Shown here one piece after another: positions 10,369-20,755 of a DNA stretch of 58,496 bases; the first letter of the stretch is position 1; each line of letters starts with the position of its first letter. The translations under genes and the position numbers were made by a program. Under the pieces are notes generated by a model, which was not told the origin of the DNA, searched no databases, and worked only from the letters and a program-made list of their open reading frames with translations. This DNA comes from Salisapilia sapeloensis CBS 127946 (Eukaryota; Protista; Oomycota): contig JAADVB010000106.1 in the NCBI GenBank assembly GCA_023334545.1, positions 1-58,496 of the forward strand. Reading direction: 5' to 3'.

Positions 10369-10764
10369 CTCAGCCGACACGAAGAGAGCGAATGCCTATC
10401 AGGACAAAGATACAGTACTCTTTTTGACAAGAAGAGGGGGCGTTCGTTCGTGTTGACTCCGACGGTACTCTGGTCCCTGCTTTTTCCTCTGGAGGTTAAA
10501 GACTTGAGTTTAGGTATAGCCAAAGTGGAGAGAAGCAATGTTGCAGACAATGCAAGGGAAGGAGGATCTCTGCATCGAATCGGACGTAGCAAGTAGGATA
10601 GAGCAAAACTCATCCCATACAACCGGACGGAAGTGTGAACTCAAGATAGATGGAAAAGAGATAAAATTGCGATTGTAGCGTTTGGATGTGCAGACTAGCG
10701 ACGGAAGTGTCTGCTACTTCGGATTCACGACGGTAGAAAGGAAATATAGTCTTCATATTACGTT

Positions 10765-11249
10765 TTACTCTCGCGCGACATCACTCGAGTACTCGGGCTT
10801 GCGCAAATTAATCCCATACTCATTCAGACTAGACACATCGCATTAGACTACTTATAGGTTGCAAGCACATAAAGATAAAATACCTCGCAGCAAGGTCTTC
10901 CAACGTGAGTACAGGTCCGTTTTCAGCACCACTTCCATCTGCTGAAGACGTATTCGCACCGGATGCACTGTGCGCTCGGATACGCTGATACTGCATCGCG
11001 TCATGTGTGACTTCCAAGAGGAACTTGTGTGCCGCAAGTGCCACCAGTCTCGTCCTATCTCGCCGTATAAAATGAGTATGAAAGTCACTCGCTTACAGTC
11101 TGCCAAAGCCACTACAATCGAGGATCCGTCGTTGAGAACCCACTCTGCTCGAGCTCATGCCGGATGTATTCCTCTGGAATAGTCGGTGTAAAGTTCGGCA
11201 GCAACTCCAGGAGCTGCGCGACCTCCTTCACACTATTGTTCGAGGTCAT
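10765..11249 (-). CDS. TAF10: TFIID/SAGA subunit TAF10 (3 exons; introns 11055-11115 and 10829-10883)
   Basis: The spliced model reads MTSNN…FTPTIPEEYIRHELEQSGFSTTDPRLTRLVALAAHKFLLEVTHDAMQY…VLTLEDLAASLNEYGINLRKPEY…*, a TAF10 histone fold. Confidence 0.9.
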
Positions 11250-11379
11250 TTTGTGCCTTCGAGCGAACTTGTTTTCGATAAGGTCTTCCGAAGGTTTTTC
11301 GAAAGTAAACTAGAGATATGTATAGCATTCCGGCGGGCGATTTCTAGCCGCCCACTATCGATCAAAAGACACGAGCACA

Positions 11380-11646
11380 ATGGCCGGACCTGTTGTACGT
11401 GGCCCGCAGGCGATGCTTTCCAAGTGGTGGCTCAAGTACCAGCCCATGCACGGACGAGTCACTCGCCACCTCTCTCCGTATGAGCAGAAACCCGTCCGCA
11501 GTCTCATTGCGACCATGCCGGAGAAGACCATCCGCAAGGTTCGTGAAAACGCGCCAGTGCTCCTTCCTGCTGCTCTCTTGTGCGTCGGCACGATTCAGTG
11601 GGGCTTGAAGCTTAACGATGAGGACCACCGCAAGCACTGGAGTTAA
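11380..11646 (+). CDS. QCR8: Cytochrome b-c1 complex subunit 8 (QCR8/UQCRQ)
   Basis: 88-aa ORF with the HLSPYEQ motif, a following TM helix and a basic/His-rich C-terminus. Confidence 0.8.
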   Translation: MAGPVVRGPQAMLSKWWLKYQPMHGRVTRHLSPYEQKPVRSLIATMPEKTIRKVRENAPVLLPAALLCVGTIQWGLKLNDEDHRKHWS

Positions 11647-11782
11647 ACTTTTCAACGTTTAGCGGGAAGTAGCGCTCGACCATGTCTCTTTGCCAGAGTC
11701 TAAATGCAAGAATATACACTTGGAGCTTATTTCCCCTTCATACGACAAGATGATGCTTGTTCGTCTGCCATGATTTTTACAG

Positions 11783-11839
11783 TGGATGGAAAAATCAGGT
11801 GCAGTCGCCTCGACTTGCGCTTCTGTCTTTTTCCATCCA
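11783..11839. other. Long imperfect hairpin downstream of QCR8
   Basis: Perfect 12-bp outer stem TGGATGGAAAAA (11783-11794)/TTTTTCCATCCA (11828-11839), with inner pairings CAG/CTG, GTGCA/TGCGC and GTCG/CGAC. Confidence 0.6.
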
Positions 11840-12229
11840 ACCTAGGTACCTACGATGTAATCATGCAACGTCCGACAGGATTGACGTGGAAAGAAGACTG
11901 ATGTACATGCATCGAGTCGACTCCAATCCCCTCGCCATCGTGCCTGTATCAGTGCGTCCTATATTTCTACCTTCACCATTCGTCATCCACTTGTACCAAC
12001 TGGAGTATCAAGTGTATGTAACATTCTGAACAGGGACACCCCCAAAGGCCAAAAGCGCCAGAGCAGACGAACTCTCTTCAAAGCGAGCAGGCGCGTCGTG
12101 CAACGTTCGACCCGCTGCAATTGCCATTTTCCAATTAGACACGAGCGCTCGTGCCGCAGTTGCATTTCGCACGAATAGACAGAAAGTTGCTTTCAACACA
12201 AGTTGCTTGATCTCGTAGTCGCAGACGGT

Positions 12230-13354
12230 ATGGGGCAACCAACGGACAAACCCGCGTCTCCGTCGCCATCGACATCCACTTCCTCATCTGTCGCGAATAA
12301 TGGATCGCAGCAAACGTCCTTCTATCGTGCCGACACGTACGGCGAAACACGAAATCCTCCGCTATCCGCTTCCAACCGCTCGGCTGCGAGCAGCTCGGCC
12401 ATGGCGCGACCTTCTGGAACCGTGAATCGCCCCTTGTCTCGAGCACAGTCATGGGTGCCATCGTCTTCTTCGATGCATCCAAATGCGGCAGCTGCCAGTC
12501 GTTTCCAGCATGAGATGGACGGGTCTTCTAAGCGGAAACTGGAAGACAAGATGGCACAGGCAGCACACGTCGTCGACCGCTTCTTTTCGCCGAAACTAGT
12601 GAAAGACCAGTCGATTCCGCAAGAACTGCTGGCAGAAGCCCACGGACTCGTCTTCCTCACCGTCTACAAGGCCGGATTCCTCTTTGCAGGCAAAATCGGA
12701 ACAGGTTTCGTAATTTCACGCACCACTTCTGGTTGGTCCGCGCCGTGCTTCCTCAGCTCCGGTGGTATCGGATTTGGTATGATGGCTGGAGGTGAAGTCG
12801 TTAACTATATGGTCATCTTGTCGTCTCGTAGTGCCGTCAAAGTCTTCACGCGCAACGGTCAGTTCCAACTCGGATCCGAGTTAGATCTAGCCGTTGGGCC
12901 CATTGGGCGGGCCGCAAGTGCTTCCGTCAATATCGGTCGTGAAGGCTTTGCACCAAACTACTCGTACAGCCACAGTATCGGACTGTACGGTGGAGTGGGC
13001 CTATCAAGCGCCGTGATTGCCACTCGAAAGACGTTGAACGCCAAGTTCTATGGCAGGATGGCGACTGCTCGTCAGATCCTCGGCGGCGAAGTGCCGTGCG
13101 AACTGGCGTATCCGCTCTGGCGTGCGCTTGATCGCGCTCAAGGTATCGAGCGAGAGTATCGTAACGGATTCCCAGTGTTTAGTGTCCAGTCTTCCGGCCT
13201 GAATTGTGACAAGTGCCACTATGAGAACGAATCGAAAAGCACCCAGTGCCAGCGATGTGGGCACTTTTTGGTGTACAGTATCGGCGTGCACTCTGGTCGG
13301 CGCCAGACGAGCGACTTGGTGGTCACGATGGACCACAGCCAGGCGGCCGCGTAA
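12230..13354 (+). CDS. SYLF (Ysc84/DUF500) lipid- and actin-binding domain protein with a C-terminal Zn ribbon
   Basis: IPQELLAEAHGLVFLTVYKAGFLFAGKIGTGFVISR…WSAP and LGSELDLAVGPIGR…YSYSHSIGLYGGVGL; C-terminal CDKC…CQRC. Confidence 0.88.
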   Translation: MGQPTDKPASPSPSTSTSSSVANNGSQQTSFYRADTYGETRNPPLSASNRSAASSSAMARPSGTVNRPLSRAQSWVPSSSSMHPNAAAASRFQHEMDGSSKRKLEDKMAQAAHVVDRFFSPKLVKDQSIPQELLAEAHGLVFLTVYKAGFLFAGKIGTGFVISRTTSGWSAPCFLSSGGIGFGMMAGGEVVNYMVILSSRSAVKVFTRNGQFQLGSELDLAVGPIGRAASASVNIGREGFAPNYSYSHSIGLYGGVGLSSAVIATRKTLNAKFYGRMATARQILGGEVPCELAYPLWRALDRAQGIEREYRNGFPVFSVQSSGLNCDKCHYENESKSTQCQRCGHFLVYSIGVHSGRRQTSDLVVTMDHSQAAA

Positions 13355-14559
13355 GTGTGTGAGGTTAAATTGCTTTTGAAGCGTTGCTTGGTGCCCGAAA
13401 GGAAGGCGAAACGCAACAGGCCGAAAGTTTTTATGCATTTTACTTTCAATTTCAGATTAAATACGAACACGAAGGCGATCATGGCGAAAATGGTATTGAC
13501 CTGATCTGCATGCAAGTGTTAGCTATCGCGATGGAGTTTTGTACATTACGTCTTGACTATGATCGCATGCGGACATGTATAGATGGTTCTGAGATACCGG
13601 ATACTAGGTGCTCCAGCCTGAAAGAACGTCATGCGGTTTCGTTCGTATTGTTCCGATGTCTATAGCGCTTTACATAGCAATAACTCTTCTACCCCAAAGA
13701 TGCCTTGCTATATTGACAGGAGTACTAAACCTGTCGCTACATGAGGCTGTGGTGAAAAAATTTTATTGCAAAAGAGTCGTAGAGAAAGCGTATTTATCAG
13801 CAACAGTCATCTTAGCTCTAAATTGAGCTCTTTACAATTTTTTCTGACCAAAACTACTCCTAAGGCTCTCGCTATGGTGAGCTTTGGTCCGTGATTTCAT
13901 TCTTTCTCCCCTCAAAGAAATTGTCATCGCGCACGCATTGCCCTTGACTTGGTTCTTAAGGAAACTCAGAATAGAAATCTTGGTAACATTTGGAGCATTT
14001 GATGATATAAAAAGTAGCATCAGGTTCGGCGCTATAAAAGTATGATCTAGATTTCAGTAGGTCTGCATGTAGATGACAAAACATATTATTGTTCAGCGAC
14101 GCGTGCATTAGAAGCGCTTCGTTCAATCGACGTAGTGTACCCGGGCACAGATCATAAGTTACCATACGCATTCAACTTTCGTCTTGCTTCCTGTTTCTTG
14201 GGAAGCAAATTGCTTATGTGGCAAAGTAGCTCGCTCTAGATTACTTTCATAGGACCGACCCAAAGCTTGTAGTAGTCAAGCAGTCTGTTTTAGACTACTA
14301 ACGTCGCATGAAGTAGCTTTGTGTATCAAGTCGAGAAATTGACAAAGCTATTCAGCATCTTCGGATTGAGTTGAGCGTCGTCCGGACAGACATTGATTTC
14401 TCAGATCTTCAACATCCGCTCCGTACAGCCGCTGATAAATCATTCGCGTAGTCAAAACACGAGTATGTGGATGCAATCACCTCAGATCACTCGATCCTAT
14501 CTCTATGCATGTTCTAGCTGCTTCATTTCCAGACTTGCTTTCTCGCTAGCGTCTCAGTC

Positions 14560-15489
14560 ATGCCAGCGTTTTCACCTTTCGTCGCAATTTTATCGCTACT
14601 ATGCTTCGCTTCAAAGTACATTGGAAGCAATGCAGACTTTTATGATCAAAACAGTGTTTCCACTCCGCTCGAATTGAATTTATCGACTGCAGAAGAGAAT
14701 CGTATTGCCAATGGCAAAAGAGTCTATCACCTCGAGATGACGAGCGTGGTATATTTGGAAACGACAAAAGTAGCTGGTGCTATTGAAGGTTGCACTGGGT
14801 CTCTACTATCTATAGAATACGTTGTGACTGCTGCACATTGCGCCATCGACCGAGACTTGCCGAAGGGTAGGCATCCGCCAATTGCGGTCACCGTCGATAC
14901 AGTGAATCCTCAAGTCGAAGGACTTGGCCACAAGGTACATGTGAAAGAAATATTTGTACATCCCGAGTACAATTCATATACGCGTGTAAATGATGTCGCT
15001 GTCCTCAAGCTGCAGAAAACTTTGAAACCATCAGATCGGCGGGAGTACATGCAGCTGGGCAGTCGTGATGAACCCGAATTGGACCATACTGGGAAAGCCA
15101 TGATCTACGGATGGGGTCTAACTGGGCCAAACTCACCTAGCTCAAAATTTCTTCTTAAAGCCGAGAAAATGAACGTAGTCAACATCAGGGCGTGTAAAAT
15201 ATTCTATAGCATCTACTACCGCTTCTCGAAATACAATCCTAAAGTAACGGACGCGAACCTATGTGTGCGATCTGGGAAGAGGCCGAGAGGCGAGATAAAG
15301 CAACAAGCCTGCAAAGGAGACAGCGGTGGACCGTTGGTTCGTGATGGAAAGTTGATTGGTATTGTATCTTGGGGAGGGCGCAGCTGCAGCGAAAAAAGGT
15401 TGGCAGTCTTTGTTAAAGTTAGCGCTGTGTGGGATTTCATCAATACGCATGCAGAGCTTGGTCTGGATGATAGTGGTCGAAAGGATTGA
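14560..15489 (+). CDS. Secreted trypsin-like (S1A) serine protease
   Basis: Signal peptide plus an intact triad: TAAHC, NDVAVL and GDSGGP. Confidence 0.93.
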   Translation: MPAFSPFVAILSLLCFASKYIGSNADFYDQNSVSTPLELNLSTAEENRIANGKRVYHLEMTSVVYLETTKVAGAIEGCTGSLLSIEYVVTAAHCAIDRDLPKGRHPPIAVTVDTVNPQVEGLGHKVHVKEIFVHPEYNSYTRVNDVAVLKLQKTLKPSDRREYMQLGSRDEPELDHTGKAMIYGWGLTGPNSPSSKFLLKAEKMNVVNIRACKIFYSIYYRFSKYNPKVTDANLCVRSGKRPRGEIKQQACKGDSGGPLVRDGKLIGIVSWGGRSCSEKRLAVFVKVSAVWDFINTHAELGLDDSGRKD

Positions 15490-15828
15490 ATATTTTTGTT
15501 TGAGACTATTTCAGACTTACATTGACGTTTGATCTGCGCGAAAGACGAAGTGCTATGTTCATACTTCTCAAAGACCTCAACTGATCGAACTTGAGGTAGC
15601 GTCCAGTGTTAAGAGTACCGAACACTGTCTACCACACCTCTTTATCCTCTTTCGTTAAGTTTATTGATAGTCCATGTTACCACCACTGTATCGATCTATT
15701 TTACTTGCACAAACTAAACGCGGTGGATGGTGTAGTGATACGCATGCCTTTTCGAGTTGAAGTGTACACGACGGTTCAAGATCGTCTTTCTTGTAAGCGA
15801 CATACTTGAGCAACCTATTGACATCCAA

Positions 15829-16263
15829 ATGGAGACGACAGCAGCGACGGTCTTTTCATCATCGACAACGAGATTAAGTGACCTGTACGGCGATAGAGGA
15901 TATGAAAGAGTAGCATTAAGTGGACCCAAGCTCAACGGCGACATGAGTGCGAACGAGCTAGAGCGAAAGGAGCAAAGCATTCGGAGTAAACTAGATGCAC
16001 TAGTGAAAAAGCAGGCACCAGTGCCGCTGGGCGTGAAAATGTATCCAGCGTCACTACAGCCGCAGCAGGATAAGCCGTCAGGTAGAATTTCACTTCCCAC
16101 ACCGGACTCGCTAAATCGGACAGACACCGCTCCTGTCAACTACAGCTCGGATGAGGATTCGAAAACGGATGAAGGTGGCGACGAGTTCGAGCAGGAATCA
16201 TTATTGGATGAAGACGATATGGATGGCGCCTCAATGGATATAGACTCGGACGCGGAGAGTTAG
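15829..16263 (+). CDS. Hypothetical protein with a short coiled coil and an acidic tail
   Basis: 145-codon ORF from the first ATG (15829), coding-like composition, no recognised domain. Confidence 0.6.
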   Translation: METTAATVFSSSTTRLSDLYGDRGYERVALSGPKLNGDMSANELERKEQSIRSKLDALVKKQAPVPLGVKMYPASLQPQQDKPSGRISLPTPDSLNRTDTAPVNYSSDEDSKTDEGGDEFEQESLLDEDDMDGASMDIDSDAES

Positions 16264-16373
16264 CTGGTGAATAGAGCTTTTTAAGTTGTAGCATTAGCCA
16301 TCGCGGTGTTTTGTCTATCGCTACAAACACAGTTGTCTTAAGTTTTGTATGGAAAGCAGACTCGCATTGCAAA

Positions 16374-16861
16374 ATGGGCGAAGAGGAAGCACCAACGACG
16401 GCGCCGGTCGAGCATGACTCGGATGCAGACAAGGCATTGCGTGAGATGAACGAGTGTTTTGCCAAGAGCATGGCACTCGTCTGTCCTCCGATCCAGTATC
16501 CTCCACACAGCCGGTTCAATCCAGTGCAACAAGACGCAGCGGACACCGTGGAGCTCGAAGAGAAACTCCAATCCTTTTTCCTCAACGCCAAGCAACTCGA
16601 GATGCATTTCCTCCAAAAAGTGTCTTTTAGATTACTCACAGAGATGAATTTGCTGCTAATCAATAGTGTCGGTAGGAATTAAATGACATGACGCTGGACA
16701 GCGAAGTGAACGACCATGAATTAGTGACGGAGATTGCCGCACTGGAAGCAGAGCTGGCAGAAAAGAACGACTTGATAGAAAAGTATGCAGAGGTAGCCAA
16801 GGGCTGGGAAGGCAAGTTCAAGCGCCTTCAATCTCGCATGACCGTCGATAAAGATACGTAA
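16374..16861 (+). CDS. MED28: Mediator subunit MED28 (2 exons; intron about 16620-16675)
   Basis: ECFAKSM…EKLQSFFLNAKQLEMHFLQK + ELVTEIAALEAELAEKNDLIEKY…W parallels MED28. The donor GTGTCT is weak, but an in-frame stop makes the intron necessary. Confidence 0.75.
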
Positions 16862-17001
16862 TCTACTGAAAAGGAAATGTGTCTTGTTGACTTTGTCGGA
16901 AACGTCGCCCATCGTGCCTTGCTGCGCACGAGAAAAGAAACCCATGTTCTACTTCCCACCTTCCGATGTCGGCCGAGGTTCCACTTTTACTAGAAAAGAA
17001 G

Positions 17002-18093
17002 TTAGGCAATCGATTCCCATGCTTGCATCAGCACTTGCGTCGGCTCTGGCGCACGAACAGCAATGCGCACAAACGTCGGCAAGTTGTACCCAGGTTTTCC
17101 CGAGCGCACGGGCACTCCATTCTTCTTGGCAAGTTCCACCGCCTTCTCACTCGTTTCCTCCGACTGCGTGTCGACCCACACCCAGCTCAAGAACGGCTCT
17201 CCATACACTTTCCACGACGGAAACTTGGCATGCAGTTGGTCCACGAGTGCCTGGCGCCACTTGGGCGTGACCTCCCATGTCTTGTCCAGATACGCCGTGT
17301 CCTGGACAACGGCAGACAGGAAAGCCAGTGCCATCGAGTTCACTGACCATGGCACCTGCTTCTGCTTGATCTTAGCCGCGTGCTCTGCGGTAGGCGCAAC
17401 GACACTGCCCAATCGAACGCCAGTGCACGACCACAGCTTGGTCCAAGAGGTCATGACCCACACGTCCAGGCCACGTTCGGCGCTCAATTTCTTCGCCCAC
17501 TCGCGCTCATGGATGAGACTATCCTGGCGCCAGTTGGGACCTAGCCAAGGCTGCATGCTTTCATCGACAATCACCGTATGGTTGTCCGGACTCTTTTCCT
17601 CGATATACTTTTTCATATCCGTTACGTTGAGGTAGTCGCCCGTCGGGTTCGTCGGGTTCACCATGCACGTGAGCACGGCTGAAGGGTCATCGCACGGCAA
17701 TGTCTGTCGTCCGGCAGCATTGCTCGAACGTTCGTATTCCTTGTATTGCGTCAGCGTGCTGCCTGGACGCCAGCCGCCTGGCTGTACGCTACGCACGACC
17801 AGGTCAATGAGCTCCGACGCGCCATTGCCGAGTAAAAGCAGAGGCAAGACAGACTGCAAGTCGGATTCAGGCCAGAGGAACTTGGCCAAGTGCGAGATGG
17901 CAGGCTGGAAATCGGCCGGCGGGTAGTGGTGGATCGTGTCGACGGCTTCCTTTGCAGCCCGGAGTGCACCTTCGGGTGTACCGAGGCCGTTGGTGGTGAC
18001 GCTAAAGTCTTCCGTAAAGTTAGATAGGAACTTCCAGTCCTGTCCTCCGTGGAAGGTCTGTGTAGACTCGTCCCAGACTTGCTGCTTGGACAT
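17002..18093 (-). CDS. Class I/II PLP-dependent enzyme of the HisC/CobD family
   Basis: FHGGQ…EDFSVTTNGLGTP, LGNGASELI, VNPTNPTG, IVDES, PLP-lysine motif SWTKLWSCTGVRLG and FVRIAVR. Intronless. Confidence 0.85.
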   Translation of the reverse strand: MSKQQVWDESTQTFHGGQDWKFLSNFTEDFSVTTNGLGTPEGALRAAKEAVDTIHHYPPADFQPAISHLAKFLWPESDLQSVLPLLLLGNGASELIDLVVRSVQPGGWRPGSTLTQYKEYERSSNAAGRQTLPCDDPSAVLTCMVNPTNPTGDYLNVTDMKKYIEEKSPDNHTVIVDESMQPWLGPNWRQDSLIHEREWAKKLSAERGLDVWVMTSWTKLWSCTGVRLGSVVAPTAEHAAKIKQKQVPWSVNSMALAFLSAVVQDTAYLDKTWEVTPKWRQALVDQLHAKFPSWKVYGEPFLSWVWVDTQSEETSEKAVELAKKNGVPVRSGKPGYNLPTFVRIAVRAPEPTQVLMQAWESIA

Positions 18094-18620
18094 GATCTCT
18101 TGCGTGTTTGCTTTGTGCGGTCGAAAAGTTACTTTGGAGCAGTTGTTGTAAACATGATTTCGAACGGTAGAGCTAGGAAGGATGTTGCGTTGTCTGCATC
18201 ACTAAGATCCTCTGCCTAGATGATTCATGTACCACCATTGCAGTGCTAATACTGCTGTAGTTTGGAGATAGGCATGGAGTTATGTTTGACGTTGCATGAA
18301 TGTTCCTATACGTCTGGTCGTCGTCCAGAAGACCAAAGCTGAAGTACCAACTAGCTATTTTCCTTGGTTCGTTTCATGCAGATGGACAATATATCATGCC
18401 ATGACACGAGTCCTCTTGGCAAAGGTATCGATCATAAACATACAAGAGCACTAGAAGCGTACAAATCGAGTACTCTAAACATGACGTGAATTGTCATTTC
18501 AATCGTAAAACTTGGCTCAATCTCGATAGCAGTCATCTAGTAATGCTTTTAACCGGTAGCAAAACGCACAAGGCATTTATCTGCTTGCATCAAAACCAAG
18601 TTCCATGTTGACGCGTTCGT

Positions 18621-20348
18621 CTACCGCTGTTTCTTCTGTTTATTCACACTTTTCAGTTGATTCTTGAGCGACTTGGGCGTCTGTCGGCTCTTTCGTGGCT
18701 CGATGATCAAGTCATCATCGGCTTGGGCAGCTCCGTGGGGCATGTTCCTCCAGTACAAGAGTCCAGCGACACTGGCGCCAAACCAGACGAAGCAGACCCA
18801 GAAGAGAGCAAAGGCCAAGAGGTTGTAGCTCACGTCTGGCGTCATAAACTCATACGTCGACATACCTTTAATGAGCGCTGACATCTTCTCTCGGTCTAAG
18901 TCATCGCCAAGGCGGAAGCCACCAACATCCGGCGGCGTCTTGTCCGGAAGCATCACCATCTCCTGTCCCACATAGCCATTCACATCGTCCATAGAAGCAC
19001 TTGTGATGAGCAGCTGCTGTAGGTAGTGGAAGAGTCCAAAGCCATGGATCGTCGACTGTCGAAGGAAGAGAGCAGCGGACGCAAACAAAGCAATGGCAGG
19101 AGTGAGGAACTGAATAGACAGAATCGGAACGTAGTTGAACTGGATGCGAACTTTCGTACGTAGCAAGTCGCCGTTGACAACGCCAGGTCGACGGACGATC
19201 TGGAGCATCGTTTCCTTGGGCTCCATCAAGAACGCCTGCAAGTGTTCTCGGAACGTCACGAGTTTCAAGAGCACAATGGCGAGACAGACTCCGATGCGAA
19301 CGAGTTGGAAGGAGCTTTCTTTCATGGCAAAGGTCGAGTCATTAAACGCAACTTCATCTTCCGTGGAAGCAAAGCAGTCTCGGTAGAGTGCTTTCTCATG
19401 ACATAGGACTAGTGTCTTTGGTACAAAGACATCCGTTGCCAACGGTTTGATCCACAGAACCAAGCCTACAAGGGGTAGTATCATGTGGAAGTGCAGCAGC
19501 ATCTTCCAAAAGATATTGCGTTCTGGATCGGCAGTCATGTCAAAGTACATACGAGCAAAGCGGAAAGCTGGGAGGAAGCTAGTGCAGGCAAAGACAGCGG
19601 CTGCGAGGCCCAAGTTCATGAATGCACCGACCTTCAGGAAGCCTCCGAGCTGACGCATGAGCAGCATTTCACTATTAGTGACCCCAAGCGACTTGAGAGC
19701 AATTTCGCCTCGAGTTCCGAGGACCTTGATGGCCGATTCGACGCTAAAGTCCACGATCTTATAATCCGGAGCGAGCATCACGAAGAACGAGAACATGAAG
19801 GCAAAGAACCCGACGAGGTAGCTCAGTCTCGCTTCGTCCGTGGCAAAGCCTTGTGCGAGCGTGATCTGCAGTGGAAACCAGAGGGAGATGAACATGCATG
19901 TCAAGAGACCGTAGAAACTCAGTTCCGGCTGAGCGCCATCCACAGCGTCACTAGCAATAGCGATAACAGGACGCAGCATGGCCAGAACGTTGCCAACGAG
20001 ACTGCCAAAGAGCGTGGAGGAGACGAGGATGACCAAGGTCTCGTAGATCTCGTAGAAGAGCGTCTGCTGGAAGACGCCATGTTCCGTCGTACCGCATTTC
20101 ACGTAGAATTGCTGCAGCTTCTCCTGCGGCGACAACGGATCGGGTTTTTGTGTTGGTCGACCAGTACTAGCTGCCAAGTGAGCCTTCTCCGGTAAACCGT
20201 TGAGTTTATTCAGTAGCTCTTGTTCCGGCGGCAGGAAGAAGGTCAGGCCGGAAATAAGGAGAGAGGCGAGACTAAAGGAGGATCGCAGTCGCACTTGAAC
20301 AAGCGCAACTAGGATACTAGCAATGAACTCTAGAGGGAATAGAGCCAT
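18621..20348 (-). CDS. TMEM161: TMEM161-family multipass membrane protein
   Basis: The N-terminus MALFPLEFIASILVALVQVRLRSSFSLASLLISGLTFFLPPEQELL matches the TMEM161 pattern. Many TM helices; FLPAFRFARM and FLTPAIALF. Confidence 0.75.
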   Translation of the reverse strand: MALFPLEFIASILVALVQVRLRSSFSLASLLISGLTFFLPPEQELLNKLNGLPEKAHLAASTGRPTQKPDPLSPQEKLQQFYVKCGTTEHGVFQQTLFYEIYETLVILVSSTLFGSLVGNVLAMLRPVIAIASDAVDGAQPELSFYGLLTCMFISLWFPLQITLAQGFATDEARLSYLVGFFAFMFSFFVMLAPDYKIVDFSVESAIKVLGTRGEIALKSLGVTNSEMLLMRQLGGFLKVGAFMNLGLAAAVFACTSFLPAFRFARMYFDMTADPERNIFWKMLLHFHMILPLVGLVLWIKPLATDVFVPKTLVLCHEKALYRDCFASTEDEVAFNDSTFAMKESSFQLVRIGVCLAIVLLKLVTFREHLQAFLMEPKETMLQIVRRPGVVNGDLLRTKVRIQFNYVPILSIQFLTPAIALFASAALFLRQSTIHGFGLFHYLQQLLITSASMDDVNGYVGQEMVMLPDKTPPDVGGFRLGDDLDREKMSALIKGMSTYEFMTPDVSYNLLAFALFWVCFVWFGASVAGLLYWRNMPHGAAQADDDLIIEPRKSRQTPKSLKNQLKSVNKQKKQR

Positions 20349-20755
20349 GTTAAAGGTGTAGAACGCGCGTGGGGAGAGACCAAGTGAAGATACGGACGCG
20401 ACGAGCGGCGACGCGTGTGAAGTCGCAAACGATCCGTTTTGTGGTTTTTGGTGATGGTTTTGTTGTCGATTAGGCGAGCGTCTGTCATTGGTAGAAAAGA
20501 TTTAATCACGATTTCTGTGGTTAAGGAGGTGAGAGAGGCATCGAGAGATCCATGCACGATAGAACCTACGTGCATCGGATATTAGATGCTATAGACTAGT
20601 TTAGATGCGTGGCATCGTCTTCATGGAGAGAAAGGATGGAGAAGTCTTCAAGTGTCAGAAAATGTGCTGATGTAATTGGCAGAATTGTATATATGTGACA
20701 TAGGATTGGTCGAAATTCAGTTGGTCGAGCACAAAATCGAGCAACAACTTCAAAA

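Noticed and set aside
11055-11115. Stronger-looking GTAAGC donor inside TAF10 intron 1
   Set aside because: Using it would leave an in-frame TAG in exon 1, so the weaker GTAGTG donor is required.
13380-13430. CCGAAAGG…GGCGAAAC segment resembling hammerhead stem II
   Set aside because: The CUGANGA core is absent.
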